Below are positions 37,065-47,710 of a DNA stretch of 64,000 bases, piece after piece. The DNA comes from Nannocystis bainbridge. GTDB taxonomy: Bacteria; Myxococcota_A; Polyangia; Nannocystales; Nannocystaceae. The notes under the pieces were generated by a model, which made no database searches, was not told the DNA's origin, and worked only from the letters and a program-made list of their open reading frames with translations. Position 1 is the stretch's first letter. Each line of letters begins with the position of its first letter. Where the stretch lies: NCBI RefSeq assembly GCF_028368995.1, contig NZ_JAQNDL010000002.1, positions 1,088,001-1,152,000 on the forward strand, written 5' to 3'. The translations under genes and the position numbers were made by a program.

Positions 37065-38735
37065 ATGCGCTCCTCGCCGCTCTTCCCGCTGCTCGCCGCG
37101 CTCGCGCTGCCGGTCGCGTGCGCGCGCGAGGAGTTCGCGCCGGAGCGATCGGTCGTGTGCGAGGGCGCGGTCGAGGTCCCCGATCCGGCCCTGCGCGCGC
37201 TGCTCCTCGACATCCTCGACGATCCCGAGGCGAACGACAGCACCACCGGCGAGCCCGTCCTCACGGCCGCGTCGCTGGCCACGCTCACCGGGCTACAGGC
37301 CGCCGAGCGCGGGATCGTCGACCTGCAGGGCCTCGAGTGCGCCGTCAACCTCCGCACCCTCGGCCTCGCGCGCAACGAGATCGTCGACATCCGCCCGCTC
37401 ACCTGGTTGGGCGAGCTGCGGGAGGTCGAGCTGTCGGAGAACCCGATCGCCGGCCACGACCCGCTGGCGCGCCTCGTCAAGCTCGAGAAGCTCGTGCTCG
37501 GCGGCGCCGGCGTGAAGTCGATCGCCTTTGTCGCCGGCATGACCGCGCTGCGCCACCTCGACGTCGCCCGCGGCGAGGTCGGCGACATCGGCCCGCTCGC
37601 CGGCCTCGGCCGGATCGAGTCGCTCGTCCTCTCCGACAATCAGATCGCGGACATCGGCCCGCTCGCCGGCCTGCACGAGTTGTTCGCGCTCTCGCTCGAC
37701 GGCAACGCGATCGCCGACATCGGTCCGCTCGCTGCGCTGGCGCGGCTCGAGTACCTCGACATCGACGAGAACGCGATCGACTCGCTGGCCCCGCTGGCCG
37801 GCCTCACCCGCATGCGCCGGATCGAGGCCAACGCCAACGCGATCACCGACACCCGCGGCCTCGCCGGCAAGCCCGACCTCGTCGAGCTCGGGCTCGAGAA
37901 GAACCAGATCGCCGCGCTCGCCGATCTCAGCGGACTCACCGGCCTCGTCACCCTCGACCTCGACGAGAACCTGCTCACCAGCCTCGATGGCCTCGAGGTC
38001 CTGGTGGAGCTGCGCAACCTGACCGCCCGGATCAACGCCATCGCCGACATCAGCGCCGTCGTCGGGCTCACCGACCTGCGGCGCCTCGACCTGCGCGACA
38101 ACCCCGGCCTCGTCGACCTCACGCCGGTCGCGGGCTTGCAGTACCTCGACTACCTCGGCCTCGGCGGGCAGGGCGTCGCCCCCGACCTCGCGCCGCTGAC
38201 CGGCCTCCCGCTGCTGCGCCAGCTCGACGTCATCGACGGCGCCACCACCGAGTACGGCGTGCTCACCAGCTTGCCCGCGCTCCGGGTCCTGCGGCTGCTC
38301 AACGCCCCGCTCGACGTCGCCGACCTCGAGGCCATCGCCGGCGCCACCGCGCTCACCACCCTCGACATCTCCGGCGCGCCGGTGACCGACCTCGGCCCGC
38401 TCGCGCCGCTCACCGGCCTCGTCGACTTCTCCGCCAGCGGCACCCGGATCAACGCCCTGGGCCCCGTCACCGACTGGCTCGAGCTCGATTTCCTCCGCGT
38501 CGCCCGCACCCCGCTGAAGAGCCTCGCCGGCGTCGAGACCGTGCTCGGCGTCGACCAGATCGACATCAGCGACACTGAGGTCGACGACATCTCGCTGCTG
38601 CTCGGGCTCAAGGCGTTCCGCAAGAACGACCGCCTCGACGCCCGTGGCAGCCGGCTCGACGACGGCGACTGCGACGACATCCGCGCCCTCCGCGAGCGCG
38701 GCGTCAACGTCCTCGCCGACCCGACGTGCGAGTGA
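37065..38735 (+). CDS. Internalin-like leucine-rich repeat lipoprotein
   Basis: Lipobox LPVAC, cap PDPALRALL, many 22-aa LxLxxNxIxDIxPLAGL repeats. Confidence 0.88.
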   Translation: MRSSPLFPLLAALALPVACAREEFAPERSVVCEGAVEVPDPALRALLLDILDDPEANDSTTGEPVLTAASLATLTGLQAAERGIVDLQGLECAVNLRTLGLARNEIVDIRPLTWLGELREVELSENPIAGHDPLARLVKLEKLVLGGAGVKSIAFVAGMTALRHLDVARGEVGDIGPLAGLGRIESLVLSDNQIADIGPLAGLHELFALSLDGNAIADIGPLAALARLEYLDIDENAIDSLAPLAGLTRMRRIEANANAITDTRGLAGKPDLVELGLEKNQIAALADLSGLTGLVTLDLDENLLTSLDGLEVLVELRNLTARINAIADISAVVGLTDLRRLDLRDNPGLVDLTPVAGLQYLDYLGLGGQGVAPDLAPLTGLPLLRQLDVIDGATTEYGVLTSLPALRVLRLLNAPLDVADLEAIAGATALTTLDISGAPVTDLGPLAPLTGLVDFSASGTRINALGPVTDWLELDFLRVARTPLKSLAGVETVLGVDQIDISDTEVDDISLLLGLKAFRKNDRLDARGSRLDDGDCDDIRALRERGVNVLADPTCE

Positions 38736-39048
38736 GCGCGCGCGGTGCCTGCCTCGAAGACGGCCTGGAGCGAGGTCGGCACGACCGTCATCGACGCGGA
38801 CCAAACCCGCCGGCACGAGGCGAGCAGCCGGCGTGCTCGTGATCAGCGCCGAAGCACCTGCGGCACGACGCGAGCTGAAGACGCGCTCTTAGCGAGGTCG
38901 GTCAGCCGTGATCAGCGCCGAAGAACCTGCCGATCCGACGGGGGCCGAAGCCGCGCCAGCGAGACCGGCCAGACCGTGATCGTCGCCGTCGAACCCGCCG
39001 CCGCGACGCAAATTTCGTGACCCGGCGGGCCCGCGCTACACCTCGGGC

Positions 39049-40044
39049 ATGCGCGACGCCGTCGAGCGCTTCCTCGAGCACCTGCGGGACGAGCGGCGGC
39101 TCTCGCCGCACACCCTCCGCGCCTACCGCGGCGACCTCCTCGATTTCCTCGACCGCTTCGAGGCTCGCCGCGGGCGCCCGGCCGAGCTCGCCGACCTGGG
39201 CGTGCGCGAGGTCCGGGCCGACCTCGCCGAGCGCTTCAGCGAGCAGGCCGCAAGCACCTCCGCGCGCAAGCTCTCCACCTTGCGCAGCTTCGCCGAGTTC
39301 CTGCGCAGGCGCGGCGAGCTGCCCGACAACGAGGCCGCGCTGGTGCGTCGGCCCAAGCTGCCGCAGCGCCTGCCGGTCGCTCTCCCGGTCGAGGATCTCA
39401 CCGACATGATCGATGGTCCTGGCCACGCCGACGGCGTGCTCGGCCTGCGCGACCGCGCGATCCTCGAGATCCTCTACGGCGCCGGCCTGCGCGTCGGCGA
39501 GTGCGTCGCCCTCGACCTCGAGCACCTGCGCTGGGACAGCGACGCGCTGACCCTGCGGGTCGTCGGTGGCAAGGGCAACAAGGACCGCGAGGTCCCGCTC
39601 GGGGCGCCTGGCGCCGCCGCGGTGCGGGCCTGGCTCGGCGTCCGCGAGAAGATGCTGCCGCCGGGTCAGCCCCTGTCCGAGAGCACAGGTTCGAAGCGCG
39701 GCGCCGCCAGGGGCGAGCGGGCGCTGTTCCTCGGCCGCCGCGGCCAGCGGCTCGGCGATCGCAGCGTGCGGGCCCTCGTCTACCGCCGCTGCGAGGCCAC
39801 CGGCGCGCGCGCCCGGGTCGGCCCGCACGGCCTGCGCCACAGCTTCGCCACCCACCTGCTCGAGGGCGGCTGCGACCTGCGCAGCATCCAGGCCATGCTC
39901 GGCCACGCCAGCCTCAGCACCACCCAGCGCTACACCCACCTCGACCTCGGCCGGATCGTCGACGTCTACGAGCGCGCCCACCCGCGCGCCCGGGCGGCCG
40001 CCCCCGCGCAGCCGGCCGAAGCCCGTCCGCGCCGGCGCGCCTGA
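39049..40044 (+). CDS. xerC: Tyrosine recombinase XerC
   Basis: SPHTLRAYRGDL, RDRAILEILYGAGLRVGE, GKGNKDREVP, PHGLRHSFATHLL, LGHASLSTTQRYTH. Confidence 0.88.
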   Translation: MRDAVERFLEHLRDERRLSPHTLRAYRGDLLDFLDRFEARRGRPAELADLGVREVRADLAERFSEQAASTSARKLSTLRSFAEFLRRRGELPDNEAALVRRPKLPQRLPVALPVEDLTDMIDGPGHADGVLGLRDRAILEILYGAGLRVGECVALDLEHLRWDSDALTLRVVGGKGNKDREVPLGAPGAAAVRAWLGVREKMLPPGQPLSESTGSKRGAARGERALFLGRRGQRLGDRSVRALVYRRCEATGARARVGPHGLRHSFATHLLEGGCDLRSIQAMLGHASLSTTQRYTHLDLGRIVDVYERAHPRARAAAPAQPAEARPRRRA

Positions 40045-40059
40045 GCGGCCGCGCGGGGT

Positions 40060-40134
40060 GCAGGGCGCTGCGTGGGCGCGAACGAGGCGAGCGAGCGGAG
40101 CAGGGCGCTGCGTGGGGCGCGACCGAGGCGAGCG
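40060..40134. repeat. ~40-bp tandem duplication after xerC
   Basis: GCAGGGCGCTGCGTGGG(G)CGCGA(A/C)CGAGGCGAGCG occurs twice. Confidence 0.8.
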
Positions 40135-40166
40135 CAGCAAGGCGCGCCGCCGCGTACTCTACAAAA

Positions 40167-40250
40167 TGTCCTCGAAGACATGCTCATGAGGGCATGTCCT
40201 CACGAGCATGTTCGATCGTTCATGTCCTTTCGAGCATGCTCTTTCAGGCA
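40167..40250. repeat. 14-bp palindromic unit array (6 units)
   Basis: TGTCCTCGAAGACA|TGCTCATGAGGGCA|TGTCCTCACGAGCA|TGTTCGATCGTTCA|TGTCCTTTCGAGCA|TGCTCTTTCAGGCA. Confidence 0.95.
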
Positions 40251-40278
40251 CGCCCCGGCGCCCGCCGCCAGTCGCGCC

Positions 40279-41391
40279 TCACAGCGTCGCGTCGAGCAGC
40301 ACCTCGGCCGTGCCGCGCTGCTTGCGTTCGATGCGGTCGGTCGCGGTGCGGCGCACGCGGTCGTTGCGGACCGGCATCTCGCGCTCGTACCAGGCCCCGT
40401 CGATGTACACGTCCACGAACGGCGCGGGCAGCCCGAGCTCGCCCTGCGGCGAAGTCGTCTTGGTGGCCACGTGGAAGTGGATGTGCGGCCCGCTGCTGTG
40501 GCCCGAGTTGCCGACCTTGCCGAGCTCCTGGCCGAGCTCGACCTTGTCGCCGACCTTCACCTTCACCGTGCCCGGGATCATGTGCCACAGCGACGACGCC
40601 TCGCCGAAGCCGTGGTCGATCACCACCCCGTTGCCGCCGCCCTCGCCGGTCGCCCCGGGGCCGTTCTCGGCCACGTCGTTGACGGCGCGCATCACCGTCC
40701 CGGCGGCCGGCGCCAGCACCGGGTAGCCGTAGCAGTACGAGGCCTTGTTGCCGCTGCCGCCGACCGGCTTGCTGCGCCCGCCCTTCATCACGACCATGTC
40801 GTAGGCGAACCGCTGGCCGCGGTGATTGTGGTGGTAGTTCGTCATGCGCCGCGGGCCGCCGTGCACGACGGTCCACTCGCCGGTGCTCACGAAATGCAGC
40901 CGCGTCACCGTCGAGTAGCGGCGCGCCGGGCCGGCGATCTGCTCGAACGCCAGGTGCTCGCGGACCAGCAGGCGGTCGAGCGCGCGGTCGGGCGTGACGG
41001 CGAACTGGAACAGCACCAGCCGCACCTTGCGATCGGGCGCGCCGGCCTTGCCGCGGGCGTAGACCACCAGCCCCGAGTACCAGGTCAGGTCGCCCTCCTT
41101 GTGGACCTTCTCTTCGAGGATGCCGATCGGCTGGCCGTAGCGGGTGCGCAGGCGTTCACCGGTCGCCGCCAGCTCGGGCGGGCGGACCACCGTCTTGAGG
41201 CTGGGAGACATCCACGCGTGCAGCTCCGACACGCGGCCGAGGAGCAGCCCGTTGATCAGGCGATCCGCCTCCGGCATCAGCTCGGAGGTCGGCTTCAGCG
41301 ACGCCTGGTTGGGGGCGCGCAAGTCCTTGGGCTTGCAGCCGAGCCCGGCGGCCAGCGACAGCGCGACGACGAGGACCCGCAGCGGGTGCAT
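40279..41391 (-). CDS. M23 family metallopeptidase lipoprotein
   Basis: Lipobox AAGLGC, QRFAYD, PVLAPAAGTV, GNGVVIDHG, VGNSGHSSGPHIHFH. Confidence 0.88.
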   Translation of the reverse strand: MHPLRVLVVALSLAAGLGCKPKDLRAPNQASLKPTSELMPEADRLINGLLLGRVSELHAWMSPSLKTVVRPPELAATGERLRTRYGQPIGILEEKVHKEGDLTWYSGLVVYARGKAGAPDRKVRLVLFQFAVTPDRALDRLLVREHLAFEQIAGPARRYSTVTRLHFVSTGEWTVVHGGPRRMTNYHHNHRGQRFAYDMVVMKGGRSKPVGGSGNKASYCYGYPVLAPAAGTVMRAVNDVAENGPGATGEGGGNGVVIDHGFGEASSLWHMIPGTVKVKVGDKVELGQELGKVGNSGHSSGPHIHFHVATKTTSPQGELGLPAPFVDVYIDGAWYEREMPVRNDRVRRTATDRIERKQRGTAEVLLDATL

Positions 41392-41568
41392 GCCGGCGCC
41401 ATCCTAGCCGTTCTCTCGCATCCTTCACCGGGGCGTCCGCGCGCGCACGCCGACTCGCGCGCGCACGCGGGAGCGGCGTGGGGTCCGCGGATCGGGCGCG
41501 ATTTCGTGACGATCTTCACCTTGTTCGGCGCGCGGACGCGAGCGTCCGGGGGTACGCTCGTTTTCGCC

Positions 41569-42084
41569 ATGCGCCCCGCCACCGTCGTCGCCTCGCCGCT
41601 CGATGGCCCGTACAGCCCCGCGCTGCTCGGTCTTTCGGCCGCCACGTCGTCGCCGTGGAGCGCCGGCGAACCGGTCGCCCGGTGGCTCGCCGCGTGTCGC
41701 TGCGTCGCCGGGCGCTGGAGCGTGCGGCTCGAGCTGCGCGGCTCCCCGCGCGTCAGCGACGATCTCGACCTCGCGCGCGACGAGCAGGACCGCTTGCTCG
41801 GATTGTGGGGGCAGGGCGACCAGATCGGCCACTTCGAGCGGCTGGGCCTCGCCCCGACCGGCGACGACGCCGCGATCCGCCGCGCCTGGCTCGAGACCTG
41901 TCGTCAGCTGCACCCGGACCGTTACTACGGCAAACGGCTCGGGGCGTTCGCGGCGATCCTCGCCGAGCTCTTCGATCGCGCGCGAGCCTCTGCCGAGCTC
42001 CTCGGCGACCCGCGGCGTCGGGCCCGCTACCTGGCGGAGCTCGAAGCTGTTGTGCGCGACGAGGCCGACACCAAAGCGCTCTGA
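41569..42084 (+). CDS. J-domain (DnaJ-like) co-chaperone
   Basis: HFERLGL...AIRRAW...LHPDRYY...LGDPRRRARYL; directly upstream of Hsp70; start uncertain. Confidence 0.75.
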   Translation: MRPATVVASPLDGPYSPALLGLSAATSSPWSAGEPVARWLAACRCVAGRWSVRLELRGSPRVSDDLDLARDEQDRLLGLWGQGDQIGHFERLGLAPTGDDAAIRRAWLETCRQLHPDRYYGKRLGAFAAILAELFDRARASAELLGDPRRRARYLAELEAVVRDEADTKAL

Positions 42085-42155
42085 CCATGTGTTTCTACAC
42101 ACGATTTTTTGCGCGGCAGCTCACGCCCCGAGCGTGGTAGGTCTGCGACCTCGTC

Positions 42156-43997
<1,842 letters not shown>

Positions 43998-44297
43998 AGC
44001 GAAGCGCGTCGCCGCGCGCAGTGCAGCATGCGCAAGAGCGGCGAGTCGCCGATGGCGCAGCGCCGACGCAGCATGTGCCGACACAGCCTATGCAGATGAG
44101 CGGCGCGCAGCATGATGGTGCCCGAGCGGCGTCGAAGCAGGATGTGCGTACGAGCGGCGTAGAGTCGATGCGCAGCATGTTCGTGCCCGAGCGACGCTTG
44201 GCTGATGCGAAGCGATTCCTTGTCAGCGACGCCCCGCGCTGACGTGCAGCATGTTCGTGCACGAGTGTTGCCGATGCACGCAGCGTGATGACCAGAA

Positions 44298-44437
44298 TGT
44301 TCGATGGGACATGTCCTTCATGACATGTCGAGAATGTTGAGGCTGTGCTGACCGCGCGCGCGGCCGCGTGACTGAAGTAGCGCCTCTCCGTCTCACCGCA
44401 GGCGCTGCATGCACCTCTGAACATGTCCTTCAGGACA
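44298..44437. repeat. Two 14-bp unit arrays in the dnaK-pyrK spacer
   Basis: TGTTCGATGGGACA|TGTCCTTCATGACA (44298) and TGCACCTCTGAACA|TGTCCTTCAGGACA (44410). Confidence 0.85.
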
Positions 44438-44663
44438 CCTTCACAGCGCCCGCGCGCTATGAACTCGCCGCGACGGCGGCGCCGCAGCGGTCGGCGCCGG
44501 GAGCGATCGCGGGCCGGGGCTCATGCCACGGCGCGCGTGATCGAACCCGCGGACCGGCAAGACGAGCAGGCCTTGCGAATGCGGCCTCCTGCGTGCGGCT
44601 CCGCGCGCAAGGTCACGCTCCGCGCGCTTGTCTGGGGCGCGGGGCTGGCCTATTTCGCCCGCG

Positions 44664-45470
44664 ATGACCGCTGCTCAGTTCGAGGTGCGCGTCGAGGCCA
44701 ACCGTCGCCTCTCGGGCGGCTACTTCTTGCTCGAGCTCGCCGCCGCGGCGCCGACGCCGATGGCCGACGCGGTCCCGGGGCAGTTCGTGATGCTGCGCGG
44801 CGAGTGGGGCAGGGAGCTGCTCAACCCGCGGGCCTTCTCGATCCTCGACGTGCCCGATCCGACGCGCTTCTCGATCCTCGCCAAGGTCTACGGCGAGGGC
44901 ACGCGGCGGCTCAAGCGGGTCGAGCCCGGCGACCGCCTCGTCACCACCGGTCCGCTCGGGGCCGCGTTCCCGCGCCCGGGCGGACCGACGCGCGACCTGC
45001 TGGTCGCCGGCGGCGTCGGTCTGCCGCCGCTCCACTTCTACGCGCGCATGGCCCATCGAGCAGGTCTCTCGGGACATGTCGAAATGTTCTACGGCGGCCG
45101 CGACCGCGACGACCTGGTGCTGCTCGACGACCTCGAGGCGTGGGGCGTCCCCACCAACCTGGCCACCGAGGACGGCAGCGCCGGCGTGCGCGGCTACGTG
45201 ACCGCCGCCCTCGGGCCGCGCCTCGACGCCGCCGCGCGCACGGGCGAGGCGGTGCGGGTGCTCGCGTGCGGGCCGACGCCGATGCTGGCCGCGGTCCGCC
45301 GCCTGGTGCTCGAGCGCGGGGTGCAGGCGTTCCTCTGCCTCGAGGAGAACATGGCCTGCGGCTTCGGCGTGTGCCTCGGCTGCGCCGTGCCGGTCTACGG
45401 CGCCAAACCTTACCGCTACTGCTGCACCGACGGCCCGGTGTTCGACGCTCGCGAGGTGCGCTGGCCATGA
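44664..45470 (+). CDS. pyrK: Dihydroorotate dehydrogenase electron transfer subunit
   Basis: PGQFVML, GPLG, VAGGVGLPPL, ACGPTPML, [2Fe-2S] motif MACGFGVCLGC...CTDGPVF. Confidence 0.92.
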   Translation: MTAAQFEVRVEANRRLSGGYFLLELAAAAPTPMADAVPGQFVMLRGEWGRELLNPRAFSILDVPDPTRFSILAKVYGEGTRRLKRVEPGDRLVTTGPLGAAFPRPGGPTRDLLVAGGVGLPPLHFYARMAHRAGLSGHVEMFYGGRDRDDLVLLDDLEAWGVPTNLATEDGSAGVRGYVTAALGPRLDAAARTGEAVRVLACGPTPMLAAVRRLVLERGVQAFLCLEENMACGFGVCLGCAVPVYGAKPYRYCCTDGPVFDAREVRWP

Positions 45471-46438
45471 CCGAAGGCATCGACCTCACCACTTCGTGCG
45501 GCCCGATCGCGCTGCGCACCCCGATCCTCGCGGCCTCGGGCTGCTTCGCCTACGGCCAGCAGTTCGCCGCCTTCACCGACCTGCGCGCGCTCGGCGGGAT
45601 CTCGACCAAGGGCATCTCGCCGCTGCCGCGCTTCGGCAACCCGCTGCCGCGGATCTGCGAGACAACCGGCGGGATGCTCAACTCGATCGGGCTCGAGAAC
45701 GTCGGCGTCGAGTCGTTCCTGCGGGACAAGCTGCCGTTTCTGCGCGACCTCGGCGTGTCGGTGTGGGTCAACTTCTTCGGCGTCGACTTCGAGACCTACG
45801 TCGACTGCGCGCGCCAGTTGAGCGCGGGGCAGGGCATCGACGCGCTCGAGATGAACATCTCGTGCCCCAACATCAAGAAGGGCGGCATCGAGTTCGGCAC
45901 CGTCCCCGAGGTCGCGCACCGGCTCACCCGCGCCGTGGTCGAGGCCTCGAGCGTCCCGATCATCGTCAAGCTGAGCCCGAACGTCAGCGACATCGTCGCC
46001 ATGGCCGACGCGGTGCAGAAGGCCGGCGCCGCGGGCGTGTCGCTGATCAACACGATTACCGGCATGGCGATCGACGTGCGCACGCGCCGGCCGAAGATCG
46101 CCACCACCTACGGCGGCCTCTCGGGCCCCGCGATCAAGCCGATCGCCCTGCGCATGGTCCATCAAGTCGCGCGCGCGCTGCCAGATCTCCCGATCTGCGG
46201 CATGGGCGGGATCCTCAGCGGCGAGGACGCGCTCGAGTTCCTGATGGCCGGTGCGCGCTGCGTGCAGGTCGGCACCGCCAACTTCGCCGAGCCCGGCGCG
46301 TGCGTGCGCATCACCGAGGAGCTCGGCGCCCTGCTGCGCACGCTCAAGTTCCCGTCGGCGCGCGCGGCGATCGGCTGCCTCGAGCCGCACGCGGCCGAGC
46401 CCGAGCACCTGGCCGAGTCGCCGTGGTGCTCGAGCTAG
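45467..46438 (+). CDS. pyrD: Dihydroorotate dehydrogenase B catalytic subunit
   Basis: ASGCF, GNPLPRICET-GGMLNSIGLEN, NISCPN, VKLSPNV, GGLSGPAIKPIAL; ATGA overlap with pyrK. Confidence 0.95.
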   Translation: MTEGIDLTTSCGPIALRTPILAASGCFAYGQQFAAFTDLRALGGISTKGISPLPRFGNPLPRICETTGGMLNSIGLENVGVESFLRDKLPFLRDLGVSVWVNFFGVDFETYVDCARQLSAGQGIDALEMNISCPNIKKGGIEFGTVPEVAHRLTRAVVEASSVPIIVKLSPNVSDIVAMADAVQKAGAAGVSLINTITGMAIDVRTRRPKIATTYGGLSGPAIKPIALRMVHQVARALPDLPICGMGGILSGEDALEFLMAGARCVQVGTANFAEPGACVRITEELGALLRTLKFPSARAAIGCLEPHAAEPEHLAESPWCSS

Positions 46439-46828
46439 ACGCCGCGCCCTGACCGCGCGGCTCGCCCGCGCAGGAGGTCGCCCGGCTCGCTGGCGTCGGC
46501 CTTCGCGCTCGCAGGGGGAGCGACTCACGCCGCCGCCGCGGCTGGTCGACGCCCGTGCGAGTGGGCTCTCGTTCTCTTGCAGCCTCGTCATGCAGCACAT
46601 GGGGCGGGGAGAGCGAGCCTGGTCTTTGGGTCAGGCGATGCAGCGCCGCCGGCGCGCCGCCAGTGTGCGTCCCCCGGCGATGTAGGTGTCGCGTGATTGT
46701 TCGGTGCGGAGCGGTGTCTTCCTCGCGGTCCTGCCGCGGCCACGGGCGCGCGCGTCCACGCGCGAGGGCGGGGGACCGCGCCGCCGCTTGCGGCCAAAAC
46801 CCGGCCTCGGATACGCTGCCGGTCGCCG

Positions 46829-47710
46829 ATGACGGATCGTGAAATTCCCTGGCGGGCTCGCCTCGCGGCCGCAGTCCTCGACGTTTCACCCGATTGGGGT
46901 GCGAGCGCTGCCAGCAAGGCTCTAGGCGCGGCCGCTCGTGCTCGTCTGCCGCGCCCGCTGAGCCGCGCGTTCGTCTCTGCCTATGTCCGCTTCTTCGGCG
47001 TCGACCTCGAGGATGTCGAACCGCGCTCGGTGCAGGACGGCTACGACAGCTTCAACGCCTTCTTCACCCGCCGCCTGCGACCGGGCGCGCGGCCGGTCGA
47101 CGCGCGGCGCGACGTCCTGAGCGCCCCGTGCGACGGCTTGCTCCGCGGCATCGCGCCGATCGAGCGCGACACCGCGGTGGTCGCCAAGGGTCACCAGTAC
47201 ACGCTGGGCGAGCTGCTCGCTGACGACGCGCTCGCCGAGTCGTTCCTCGGCGGCCTGGCCTCCACCATCTATTTGCATCCGCGCGACTACCACCGCGTGC
47301 ACACGCCGTGCGACGGCACTGCGCAGCGCGTGATCGCGGTGCCGGGCCGGCTGCTCCCGGTCACTGCCGCCGCGCTCGAGCGGGCGCCGCGGCTGTTCGC
47401 CCTCAACGAGCGGCTGATCCACGTGCTCGACACCTCGTTCGGGACGATCGCCGTGGTGATGATCGCCGCCTTCGGCGTTGGCCACATGAGCTGCGCCTAT
47501 CGCCACATCGCGCCGCATCCGCGCGAGATCCAGCGCGTCGAATGCGAACCGCCGGTGCGCCTGCGCAAGGGCGACGAGCTCGGCGTGTTCCACCTCGGCA
47601 GCACCGTCGTGGTGTTGACCCAGGCCGGCGTCGGCCCGCTCGCGCCGACCGACGAGCCCACCGTCGTGCGCATGGGCCAGCCCCTCTTGCAGCGAGGCGA
47701 CGTCGCATGA
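46829..47710 (+). CDS. psd: Phosphatidylserine decarboxylase proenzyme
   Basis: SFNAFFTRRLRPGARP, APCDG, AKGHQYTL, IYLHPRDYHRVH, LFALNER, self-cleavage motif GVFHLGSTVV. Confidence 0.9.
   Translation: MTDREIPWRARLAAAVLDVSPDWGASAASKALGAAARARLPRPLSRAFVSAYVRFFGVDLEDVEPRSVQDGYDSFNAFFTRRLRPGARPVDARRDVLSAPCDGLLRGIAPIERDTAVVAKGHQYTLGELLADDALAESFLGGLASTIYLHPRDYHRVHTPCDGTAQRVIAVPGRLLPVTAAALERAPRLFALNERLIHVLDTSFGTIAVVMIAAFGVGHMSCAYRHIAPHPREIQRVECEPPVRLRKGDELGVFHLGSTVVVLTQAGVGPLAPTDEPTVVRMGQPLLQRGDVA

Noticed and set aside
39049-40044. Tyrosine recombinase as a mobile-element integrase
   Set aside because: Size and motifs fit housekeeping XerC; no cargo genes or att sites.
40167-40250. CRISPR interpretation of the periodic arrays (also 38838-38930 and 44023-44290)
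   Set aside because: The 14-bp period is far too short, the other repeats are too few or irregular, and there are no cas genes in the window.
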